Shown here in pieces: positions 48,612 to 60,700 of a stretch of DNA of 64,000 nt; positions within the stretch are counted from its first letter, which is position 1; the number at the start of each line of letters is the position of its first letter. Made by a program: the position numbers and the translations under genes. Where the stretch lies: contig CM119381.1 in NCBI GenBank assembly GCA_051294905.1, positions 19,406,001-19,470,000 on the forward strand, in the 5' to 3' direction. Below the pieces are notes generated by a model. The model was not told the DNA's origin. It saw only the letters and a program-made list of their open reading frames with translations, and made no database searches. Source of the DNA: Botryllus schlosseri. Its lineage: Eukaryota.

Positions 48612-49363
48612 ACGGAAGAGTTTCTTGCTTTGTAATATAAGGGGGCAGACGCAGCTAGTAAATCCTCGGCTAATTTATTATATAGTTCTTGAACATGCAG
48701 AAGATCATGGTTATTAAAAATTTAGAATCCTCGACAGTAAGTAATTTTGCATGAAACTTGTAACAAATTTAGGAAAAGCTGACAAGGTTATTCACAGCAA
48801 TTGTCATATATAAAGAAACAGCTACTGAATATTTGTAACTTTTTCGATACACGCACCATCACGACCCTAATCACGCTGTCTAACAGTGTTTTCCATGACC
48901 CTTGGTCAATGTGCATTGCCGATCGTTTAACCAGGTATTGTTCCACACTGACGAGGCTGAGTGGACAGAAGTTATTCAATTAAAAAATTAGTTGCACAAA
49001 ATAGTATACCCAGTATATAGGCCTACTACATTGTGTGTGCCGTGGTCATCTATCTGGTCAGCTTCAGTCATGAAGTTTTGGTGAAGGGATGATTTCTGAG
49101 GAAAGGGGGGTAAAGGATGTGGTTCTAGGAGGTTGAGCAGCGTGGATACATCAACATGCTATCAATCCAATCGCTGAGATCATGCACGTTTAAACAGGGC
49201 TTGTCCAAAGATGTAACCACATATTTGATGAATTATAACATCAAAGCATACAGGGTATGGGCACAGAACGAAGCAAACACCATCAACTGTAGAGACATGT
49301 ACAATGTGCATGCATATTACATATATTTACATGAAAGCCGTGCCCTTTCGCATGGTCGAGTTG

Positions 49364-50665
49364 AATATTGGGCGCTTCTTCGTTTTACGATCATGACAAG
49401 CCAGTGTCCCCCCATGATACCAACAAATGTTTCCCATGAACACGAACAAAAATTTATGAACGTCTAAATAAATTTTTTTTTTGCCTTTGGATATATTGAT
49501 ATTAGGGTTAGGGGAGGTGGGATTGGAGGAGGTGGGATATTAGGGTTGGGGGGGGTGGGATATTAGGGTTAGGGGAGGTGGGATATTAGGGTTGGGGAGG
49601 TGGGATATTAGGGTTGGGGGAGGTGGGATATTAGGGTTAGGGGAGGTGGGGTATTAGGGTTATGATTAGGGGAGGTGGGGTATTAGGGTTAGGGGAGGTG
49701 GAATATTAGGGTTAGGGGAGGTGGGATATTAGGGTTAGGGGTTACGATTAGGGGAGGTGGGATATTAGGGTTAGGGGACGTGGAATATTAGGGTTAGGGG
49801 AGGTGGGATATTAGGGTTGGGGAGGTGGGATATTAGGGTTGGGGGAGGTGGGATATTAGGGTTAGGGGAGGTGGGGTATTAGGGTTATGATTAGGGGAGG
49901 TGGGGTATTAGGGTTAGGGGAGGTGGAATATTAGGGTTAGGGGAGGTGGGATATTAGGGTTAGGGGTTACGATTAGGGGAGGTGGGATATTAGGGTTAGG
50001 GGACGTGGAATATTAGGGTTAGGGGAGGTGGGATATTAGGGTTAGGGGTTACGATTAGGGGAGGTGGGATATTAGGGTTAGGGGACGCGGGATATAGGGT
50101 TGGAGAGAGGGGGATGTTAGGGTTGGGGAGAGGGGTGATATTAGGGTTGGAGAAGAGGGTTAGGGACATGATATCCAACCCTAATATCCCACCTCCCCGA
50201 ACCCTAACATCCCCGAACCCTAATATCACCCCTCTCCCCAACCCTAATATCCCGCCTCCCCTAACATCACCCTCTCCCTCAACCCTAATATCCCACCTCC
50301 CCTAATCCTAACCTAACCCTAACATCCCCTCTTCCCCAACCCTAATATCACCCCCTCTCCCCAACCCTAATATCCCACCTCCCCTAATCCTAACCTAACC
50401 TAACCCTAATCATAACCCTAACCTAATCCTAACCCTAACATCCCCTCTCCCTTAACCCTAATATCTCCCCTCTCCTCAACCCTAACATCCCCCTCACGTA
50501 ACCCTAATATACCCCCTCCGACAACCCTAATCCGTCTCTCCCAAGGAAAAAAACAATTTATTTTGATGTTTATAAATTTTTGTTCGTGTTCATGGGAAGC
50601 ATTTGTTGGTGTCATGGGGGAACACTGGCTTGTCATGATCGTAAAACGAAGAAGCGCCGAATATT
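49364..50665. mobile_element. Foldback element: about 130-bp unique TIRs enclosing inverted 23-bp TTAGGG-containing minisatellites
   Basis: 49364-49490 and 50540-50665 are inverted copies (AATATT.GGCGCTTCTTCGTTTTACGATCATGACAAGCCAGTGT...). The unit GATATTAGGGTTAGGGGAGGTGG repeats over about 49497-50165 and its complement over about 50176-50535, with the axis near GATATC at 50170-50175. Confidence 0.8.
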
Positions 50666-50830
50666 GTGATGGCGTTGAGAGACATCTCATCGATTACTGT
50701 AGGACTTCAAAACTATCTGCCGCAGAGAAAGTGGTGTTAATTCAAAGCCGAGGCCATAACCCTATAATGTATATCACCAACCAATTCATAGTATGTAGTT
50801 CTCGATTATAATGACACTGTTGTAAGGCTA

Positions 50831-50854
50831 CAGGGATATCTATAGATATCCCTG
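50831..50854. mobile_element. 24-bp palindromic hAT-like micro-element
   Basis: CAGGGATATCTATAGATATCCCTG is a perfect palindrome with hAT-like CAGGG termini, flanked by the 8-bp direct repeat TAAGGCTA (50823-50830, 50855-50862). Confidence 0.7.
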
Positions 50855-51787
50855 TAAGGCTACCGTATGACAGACATGCAATTTACTTGAATACGAGGTC
50901 AAATTTCAATATTTTACAGCTGTCATCTGTTGATAGGTTTACGAACGAGTTTAGGAGAATTCTCCATGAATGTGCTGGTAGTCTGGTACCATAGCTAAAC
51001 GTAGAACTGTAGCACTCCAGGTGACTCTTTCGACATTCATTCATTATACTCAATGGACGGCACTTTCAACTATGAAGTATAGGACAGATCTTAAGCTAAT
51101 CCAGCTATTATGAACTCGATAAAATTGTAAAGTTCAGATTACAACGAACAGTATACGCACAAGTAGTAGGCTAATACTGTAAATAATGTATTTCATCGAA
51201 GCTTGAATACCGTGACCTGTACATTCCGTACCGTCCTTACTATATAATCAGTGAATAAAAACGAATACCTTAAACACCACAGGTCTAAGATCATTTCCAA
51301 CAAAGCAACAAAGAGCTAGGGGCCTGTGAATCACCGAAAAACTGAATAAAAAGTAACTATTCCCCCGTGATAAACAACCTAGAATTTATTCACTATTCAG
51401 CAGGCAAGAGCCTCGCTTTATATTTTTTTACAATCGCCACCCGCAATCCTCAATGCCACGACCACTTGGTGGCAACAGAACTATCTTACTCCACTTTTAG
51501 GCATATTATTTCTCTTAAAAATCATCTTTGATAATATCTATATTTATCTTGTAATAAAATAGTTTAGATAAAAATACTAGAAAGTTTACAATCTTTGTAT
51601 ATTTTCCTTGTTCGACATTTAATTTGTTATCGCTATAGCGAACTGTTTCCATGGTAGGCGTAACGCCTCGCTGAGCCAATTGCAACTTCTTGCAGTTCAT
51701 TTCATTCATGTTTATTACTATTTCCCGGTAACTTCAACGTTTTGATGTTATCGAGTATCCGTTCGAAGGTGTAGAAAGCTTGTACGG

Positions 51788-54700
51788 ATGGATGTTAAGA
51801 AACGGAGAGGTGATGATGTGGCAGATAAAGCTAGGAAAATCCCACGTGAAAAGTGGCAGCAGTACAATCCGTTGGACAAAAAGGATGGTTCAATGAAATT
51901 TGATAAAAGCAACAAATTTCCATACTGCAAGCCGGACAATGCTACCACGATTGAAAAAATGAGTGAACCGAAAATATCAGTTGTAGGCATTGTACCCGTG
52001 CGCAGTACTACTGAAATTACAGACGTGGATGTTATGATAGTTGGTAAATCAGCCTCCGACTCAAAGTCACAAAACCGAGATACAGTAACAAGGACAGATA
52101 ATAGTGAGGATGAAACGGAACATTCATCCCATAAAACTAACAACAACGTCAAGTCGAAGGGGAAAATGCCAGCCATTGTAGCTACCGTCGGCACCACTGG
52201 AAAAATCGCATTTTCAACAAGAAAAAAGCCACGACCTACTCCCATGACAAAATTAAAAGGACGAGTTCCACCAAAGCAGCCGCTCATTCCAGCGCCTCCA
52301 AATAGCAGAATGAGTAAAAGGACATCGAGCCGACACTCAATATCACGCGACGACGCAGATAGCTCCCCGTCACGAGATACAGGTATAACAGTGTACGACA
52401 TAGATTTGCCTTTAATATGTCTATATATTCCACCATGCAACACAGGTTTAATATATCGATTTACTTTGACCAATATTTAAATGAGAGAGAGAGAGTGTGT
52501 GAATTAGTTCATTCGGTAACATCCTAGACACCTGGACCTGAAACCCAGACAGGTTTGTCTGTGTAGGCCTAATCTCTCCTTTCGTGTTGATGGTATTGCT
52601 GCTTTCCCTTCTCTCTCTTAGACTCTCTCAGTAAAATTTCCAAATAAACTATACAGTAGGTTAATGATTACTACCTTGTACCTGTAAATTTCGAAAGCCA
52701 TGTATTGTTAAAAGTTAACGTTAAATTTCTTTCAATAAACGCACAGGTAAAACGTCAATTCCTCTACCGAGCACTCCTGTCATCGATGAGCTGCCATTTA
52801 CGGAAGGCAGGGAAGTTGGGTCGGCAAGGTATGTGCTACCTTTGCGTATGCAGTTTATTTATCAGAAGTCTCATGAAATGGCATATTTCCAACGCAGATC
52901 AGTGGACGATATCATCAAATCTCTGCGTTCGTCGAGGCAGGGCATTGGAGGGAAATCGTCAGCGGACGTCCGGATCGATCGGTTGCTTCAGCAGGTTCTC
53001 GGCCACACGGAAGAATGGACGGAGCAAGTAATTACATGCTATTCAGTAGAGCGGTGAAAGTCGTCATTTTTGGTGCTCAAATAGAAATAACACCATAATT
53101 TTATGCTGAATTACAAGTAGAATTAGCAATGTCCAAAGCTATTTAAGTCAGCTTTTCAAGTAAGATTTGGTTTGGGGCTCACAAAATCTCAGTGGTTAAT
53201 TCGAGATGGCTGTTTTGGTAATTGCAGGGTGCATCTTTGTGACTAACCCCCAATGACTTATGACGGCATGACGCTACAAATAGCCTAGGTTAGGGCTACC
53301 ATATTTTTGTGGCACAAATTCTGGACATTCTTCAGCGCTCACTAGCGGATTTCAAAATGAGGTACGAGCACGCTGTCTCACCGGTAAAGCTTTATCTATC
53401 GACTAGAAGTGGTCACGATCCGGTTCAAGAGTGTGTGGTTGCGTGTTGTAAGTTGTAAACAGGGCCGAAGTCACATTTTTCAGCCCCCTCCCGTCCGAAT
53501 AAACAATGATCTTGGGCTCACAGTAGGGTAATCGATGCAACTTATGGGGGCTTACTATATGCATCTGGTTTCTACACACATCTGGTCGTTAAATGATTTG
53601 AATGAATTATGTCAATAATATTGGTTCTTCAATATATATTGCTGTATAATTTTGAACCTCTCTCCGCCCACCTGATCAGAGTTGGCAATAGAGCTGGTGG
53701 AGGATGATGACTTCGAAAATGCAAGGAGCGTGATTGCACATCATTAAGTCATGTTCATGTCATACCGATGAGAATATTTATCAGCCTACTGCCGATGCGC
53801 ACTGCACCACTGAGCTATATAAACACCGCGCATCCGGTGGTTTCCAACCTTCTATGGTCGGGACTCCATTTACAATTTACATTTACAATCATCTTGTAAT
53901 TGCGATTACAATTAGACTTATTTATGTGAATAAATGTTATTTTCATTTATTTTTTATCGCGGTTTTTGCGAGGGTGGTAGTCCCCATATTAAAACCAATA
54001 TATGTGATACCAAATCGCGCCCAGCGCGAAGAAAAACTTCATGTATCATAAATCTGCCCAATAAGTACTATTGTTTATGTTGATTTACGAAAAAAGTATG
54101 AGGTTACTTCAAGCCTTCAGAATTCTGGACATTTAGTCATATTTTAGAAATTCCTCCCGTACGCAGTTTTAACCCTTTCGCCGCGGGTGGATCCTATAGG
54201 ATCCATGCACAGTTTTTCACAAACACGCTTCAATCAATTAACGACATCTGGCGTTGTAGGGGTCGTAAACGGTTACAATGATCGTCTAGAAATAGCGATT
54301 GTCGATACGCATACGACCAGCTATATATAAACCATTGCCTTATGGCATAACCTGTTCAAAATGCAGATTGAATACAGAAAAACGTTTCCCGCAAAATACA
54401 ATGTGTAGCTCAGTTCGCCTGAATGAACGCTAATCTTATAATTCCTTACATCTTCCGTTCTACACGTCGTAAGCAGACACAGTTGTCGTTTTAGAGTAGC
54501 TGTTGATCGCAAGAGTTCATTTCAACCATAATATCGGCAATTAGTTGGATAGAACACGCTTCAAATTGGTGAGAAATATAGCAATGTTCTGTTACGTGAA
54601 AAATGCCGCGCACGTATGAGCATTGGCACATAAGGCCATATACATTCACTTACGATTGTCTTACACAGTTGAATGTCACACACATAGTTAGATGCAGTCC

Positions 54701-57700
54701 ATAACACTTCAACAAGATCAGTATCACGAAGGTTGATCGTATATAAGTTACGCGAAGCCAGTGCTAACCACTGCAGACATGGGTGTGGAAGTTGGCGCGA
54801 GTGTACGGTATTCGCGCCTGTAATACCAACATCATACAGACAGTTGAATCATCCGTTTTATATATGTTATCCTTGAGCAGTGTAGTTTGTCAGTATTCCA
54901 CTTATGATTGAAATATATTGTATTGTGCCAAACGTAAATATATCGTTTTACTTGAATATATATGCCGCGATGCGCATGCGATACACAATAAACCATATTG
55001 ACGGCATAGCTGTGCCTGAGGAAGCATGGAGGAGTTGCAGGTTATCACTACCTGTCAATTCAACCACCATGGATTTATCTGTTGTTGTTCAAAGAGCAAG
55101 GTTTATTTCAACGCATAGCAATAAATCGTACAACTGATTGATAGTCAATTACCGATTATATACAATGATATTGTGACGGCCAGACTATCAAAACAACGCG
55201 CGCCGCGTGTGTGAGCCTCGTTTGCAAGATGCGCGACGTTGAGCACGTGTTACATAAACGGCCTTCACACTCGACTGTGTTACGGTATGAAGCTCACTCA
55301 GGACATTTTAGAAAGGTGATATTGCTGTGAAATCAGTCAGGCGATGATTTCACCCCGAGAGCGTCTATGTATGACGTAGTGGCAAATTCAGTAACAAAAT
55401 TCTCTTCTAATTTTTCAAAACCTGAAACACTTCTTCTCATAGCGCTTTCAGCTCTCCCAGCTGATCAATCCGAGTAGCTCAGTTGGTTAGGCAGCTGTTT
55501 CCTGCTTACTACGATATTTTGGGTATTGGTTCAAGTCCCACTGTTCGGATTTTATGATCTTTTTCGTGAGAGCGGTAAAATTTGGACTCGAGGCCGACCG
55601 CGGAGATAGGGTTAACAGTCAAATTCCGGACATATGGCAACCCTAGCCTTGGTGCAATCTTCAAAAGCATGTTCATACAGGGGATATTTTGCCGGTTCAG
55701 TAGTACAATGTCACTCGTAAATGTGACAAAAACCTATCTCCAAACTACTATCTACAGGACAAAAAGTGTAATAAGCAGTTTTGCTTAAAATGTAACTAGA
55801 AGTGGAAGTAGCCTAACATTACAACCACTTGAGTCAGTAGTGCAAATAGGCATTAACTAATTTGAGTACTAAAATATAGAAGTACGGTACGTCTTCGCTG
55901 ACTATTTCTGGTGTTTCTCGCTACAGGGTTGTCCTTGTAACCAACTCATAAGATTCCAACTCACAAGTCAATCTCTCTTTTATAGTTTTGACTCGAGTCA
56001 ATGAAATGCCTGTCTGGTTCGTTCTAGTCTCGAGTCATATGACTTTGTTTTAGTCATGCACAATGACCTGAGTACAAGTCTAGTCAATAACAAAATTGTC
56101 TTTAGTCGAGTCTTATTATACATTTGAAAAAATGACTCCTGGCAAGTCGAGTCCCCGAAAAATCGTGACTCGAGCCGAGTCATGACTCGAGTCACTACTT
56201 CCACGATGAAGCCAAATTGTGTGCTCATTACTCTTTACGTTTTGTGAAGTGGACAGTGTAACACCTCGTGATTTTTCTTTCCCTTTTTGTTGTTTCGTAG
56301 GAGCAAAAAGAAGAGCCAACCGAGCAAAATGTGACCGACACTCCGAGAAAACCGCCGTCCGTACAATTGGACGACGATGTGGATATATCAGATACCGTGT
56401 CCACGCTTGCAAGTCAATTATCGGCACCTGCCGGTATAATAATTACAAACCCTTAATCTAGCGTAGATGAATACAGTCAAGGTTATGAAACAGGCATTCC
56501 GGATGTCTCGGCAATTCTACAGCGAAAATCTTCGCAGGCTTTCGGTAGAAGTGGCGATTCGGATCATAGCGAATTTTCGTCTCCTGTTTTTGGCGCTTGT
56601 GATCCAGGTTTGCTTGCTCGTATTATGATGTGTTTTATCTCCGATAGGTACCGTCGTTTGCTTTTGTAGAATCATATATCGATGCTGAGCAAGCTTTGAA
56701 AGATTTGCATCAAAGTTTGGACGTGAAGAACGAAGACGTGCTCAGGGTAGACGGCAAACCCCCTCCTATCGGAAAAATAGAGCTGGCTAGTGAAGATGAA
56801 GGTATACAAAAATAGAGGGGTTTTAGTACTTTACCCTATTTCTTGCATATAGGACCCTCTCTCATATCACGCATTGGAAGCATGACTTTAAAGCGGCACT
56901 GCTCTCTAAAAATGATGTGGTCTAAAATTGAAGGGCAAAACGAAAATTTTTTTTTAGCCCCAGCCATTTCCTTCAGAACGCCACCGTAGTGGAGCTGTAA
57001 TTTATTCAAATTTCCACAGGAACTTCACGGTCCAGCTGTGGTGGCTGCGCGTCATTCCTTAACCCATTACATGGCACGATGTATTCACCATCGCACTTGC
57101 TCGACGCAATTAGGCAGTCACGCAGAGAATGAACAATGAACATAGAAAGTTATTGACAGATTTCCTACATAACATCGGCTGACAACTATCTAAAGTCTGT
57201 TCTCTGCGTGACTGCCTAATCGCGTCGAGCAAGTGCGATGGTGACGACATCGTGCCATGTAACTGGTTAAGGAATGACGCGCAGCCACGACAGCTGAAGC
57301 ATGACGGTGAAGTGCCAATTTCAAATATTCTTATCAAAATTTACTCAATTCCAAAGAAAAAGTGATTCGCCATTATTACATAATACAGTCCGACATTAGA
57401 TTTTGTTGATAAGTCTCGCCATCACCGTTACCAATATCATAATGATATCATGGTAGGCCTTGTAACTGCTAATGAGCCTATAATAGGCTCACGGTCTCAC
57501 AGTGTTATTCATATGACTGCGTGTCGGTAACGTTGCACACTCCTGGAATGAAACCAATACAGCATTCAGATGAATTTTTTCTCATTTGAGCATGTGATAC
57601 AACGAAAAACGGCATTTGCGCATGCGACACATGTAAGTAACTTTATAATACGCATGTGACTTCATAACCTCAAACCTAACCGTAAGCGCCAAACTAACAC

Positions 57701-60700
57701 TTACCCTAACTTTCACACATATGCCCAAGTGTCGCAAGCTCCAGCATTGCATGTTGAAGTGTTGTATGCTCAATTGGTCATGTTTCCGCGGACTATTTTC
57801 GTTACTAACAAATACGGCACGATTTTCAGGGTACTACGACGGCATCTTGTCTGGGTCTGATAGAGATAAGTTTCGACCCGCGGATCTACACACCACGGTG
57901 ACGACAGCAGGACGTATCCACCATCTATGCCTTCTGGCGGCAGACAACGCGACGCAGTTCAACGTCGATCCAGAAAGCGCGGCTCTAACCCGCTTGCTTC
58001 ACGCGCCCGGAAAGAACTCAAAAGCTATTTATGCCGCTGATGGGATTCGCAATAAAATTAGACATTCTCCTCCGGCTCCACCACCGTCGGTGGCTCCATC
58101 TACTGCTATGGATCTTCAAAGTGTCATTGACGAAAGCGCTACCGGATCCCTGCCTGCTGTTCTGTAAGTGGTTGATTAGTTGTGTTGTCGTTCTAGAGCA
58201 GGGTTCCTTAACCTGGGGTTACGAGAACTGTTCCTAGGAGGTGCGGAGATGTTAATTCATCTAGATTGGTTAGGTCTGCTCTATATAAATTCAGAAACCT
58301 CTTTCCTATATTGCTTTGGCAACTTTCAAGAGCAGCAAGTGACTTTGAACTACTACTAGATTTTAGCATGTAAAATCCATGTTTATCAAAACGTAACTCT
58401 GGCCAGTGGCCACTCCTTCTCCGGGCATACTATTCCAATTACGACTCCGGCCAAGATTTGTTCCGGCTTAGGATTAATGCTACAATTGCTCCATACGACC
58501 TAGCTGTTTTCGAATGCGTGGTTTGTACCAGACCGAAATCACGAACATAGAATTATGACTTAATTCTGAGAAATATAGTCAACAACGCACCTGGCATGTG
58601 TCGAATGCATCCTCTCAAATGCAAAATTGAGATCTTCTTTGTTGAAATGTTGTTTCTATAAATTAATCAACTCGCAGCATTGTCACAAAGGCCTGTATCG
58701 TGGTTGTGTTAACGAAAAACGAAATTACATTCAATGATCCAGAGCTGGCATTATTTTCAAGTGTAGGCCTACACATTGCAAAATTTCTTAAATAGCACGG
58801 ATAATAGTGCGCTTTTTGAAACAGGGAACAGGTGGAGGAGTATCACAGGTTGATAAATGAGATGGTAAGGGGTAAACCCCCTGCGGAACCGAAGAAACCG
58901 ATTGAAACCGGTTTCGACACCAGTAAGATTGACCCTTTGGACATTGACGCTTGGCGAAAGGTTGCCGACAATCTATTGGAAAGAAAAGATATGACGCAGC
59001 AGGGACAGCCGTAAGTCTTCAACATGTTTTTTCCGCGAACAACGGTTTGTATGACACGGACAAATTTCAAGTCATGCACACGATGTTAGCAGGTTCATTT
59101 CCTTTGTAGTCAGAGGACAGATAGCCGAGGTTGATGCACGGACTGAAATTATTCTGATTTTGCTGTAAAATATGACAATGGACTGGCTAAATAACTTGAC
59201 ACGGTGCAATTATACAAAATATTTGCAGTATGGTGGTAATTTACAATCTCAACGTGATGTTGCAACATTTTCTATGATTTTTTCAGGATTCCCGGAGGAG
59301 AATCGAATATGTGGCGGCTCATCTGGGATCCTGCCCCGCCAAAGATGCACATACCACCCGTCGCTGTCAAGGCTGCGTTGTTTCCCAAGTATCACGGTGC
59401 GCAAGTCTCTTCTGGTCCAGCCACCGGGACAGGGCTGGTGGGTTTGCACTCTGATCTGCGTACCACAGTGACTTTCGTGGCAATTTTAGTTCCAATGGCA
59501 ATCTTGTAGATACGTTGTCATACCACAGCACTTGCTTCTTACTTACTTCTTTTGCTTGTTATGATATGATGATGGCATTGGCATGTGTATCTATCGCAGA
59601 CATGAAGTGAATATTGCACAATGTAGTTCATTGCGATAATGATTACTTCTGAAATGCTATATTATGATTACGATCCAAAAGTAGTCGATTACGATTGCGG
59701 TTGCATGGGAAAGTAATCACCATTGCATTCATTTTGTTTCCTCGAAGAACACATAAAAATATATAGAAATATAAGATTGCATCATGAGAAGACATATTTT
59801 TAATTATTGCGACATCATTTTCTTATGACATCACACTATATCATTTTTGCAATTCAATCGCTGACCATTTGTCCCTCCCCACCAATATTCAATTTAGCTG
59901 TCGATCCATGCTAATATAGAATAACGAAAAAACCACTGTTGCCTGCTTGAAGTAGGACTGCAGGAGAATGCAATCGATTACAATTGCAAATAACGATTAA
60001 TGCATGTCTGATCCATTGACGTTTCTCTGTGACATATTTTTCAATTTGTGTTGATAGTAGGTAACTTATTCAATACACCTAATCTATACAACTCACCAAG
60101 GCGATTTTGATATGGGAGGGAGTCTTACAATGATTTGAACTAACATTAATACCAATAAATGAACGGATGGAGATTGGGTTCATGCGTGGTCCAATACCAT
60201 TATGTGTTTGTTCCTAACTATTGACTATGTATTAGTGCGATACAATTCTTAACCTCCACTCTTTACCATCAGGAATTGGAACTCCATGACAGTGATGCCG
60301 GCTCGGAAGACGATGAGGAAAACGAATTTGAACTCAACCTACGATCTATCAACAGGAAGCATAAATCAGAAGAGGTAAGTTACAGTCAAGCTTAGTTTAC
60401 GAGGTACGACAGTACAGGCTGTCACTAGGTACTGATGCTATTCAAGCAGTAGGAGAAGGTACCACTTGGCACGAGGTAGATAGATACTACTCCGGGTGGA
60501 GGGAAATGATATTTTCAAAAAGCATCGTGGTGTTGGTAGTTTTGAACAGATCATTCAATACTTTTTGTTTGTCAGTGGTCTGTTAACGTGTAAAATTATG
60601 TGGTAGATCGATGTGGTCAATGCTGACTGGTCTACAGCGGTACAAATTGATGTGTTATCAACGTATTCGACGAGAAAACAGTCGGAGCTGATTCATAAAC

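Noticed and set aside
49497-50535. True interstitial telomere or chromosome-fusion site
   Set aside because: The unit is a 23-bp minisatellite rather than pure (TTAGGG)n, and it is enclosed by unique TIRs, which fits a foldback element better. Kept only as an alternative in the finding.
49996-50690. ORFs with PNPNI/GLGLG repeats
   Set aside because: Translations of the minisatellite, not genes.
49053-51620. Possible minus-strand gene with SOCS-box-like pieces (PLSLRQIVLKSY; LLNLLEPHPLPPFLRNHP)
   Set aside because: Some candidate exons have plausible splice sites, but phases do not join consistently and the similarity is too weak to call.
51748-52473. 241-aa minus-strand ORF
   Set aside because: It is the antisense shadow of the first coding exon of the plus-strand gene; the composition (L/F/V/S-rich) is what the reverse of a K/D/T-rich exon produces, and it has no motifs.
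53680-53730. Extra exon LAIELVEDDDFENARS in the 51788 gene
   Set aside because: The best acceptor gives phase 1, which is incompatible with the flanking phase 0 junction, and the model closes without it.
55469-55549. Functional tRNA gene
   Set aside because: The anticodon arm and T stem do not form; recorded as a pseudogene or SINE head instead.
58199-58260. hAT-like left end CAGGGTTCCTTAACCTGGGG (similar fragments near 22700, 22895 and 53835)
   Set aside because: No partner TIR or TSD found; too fragmentary to delimit.
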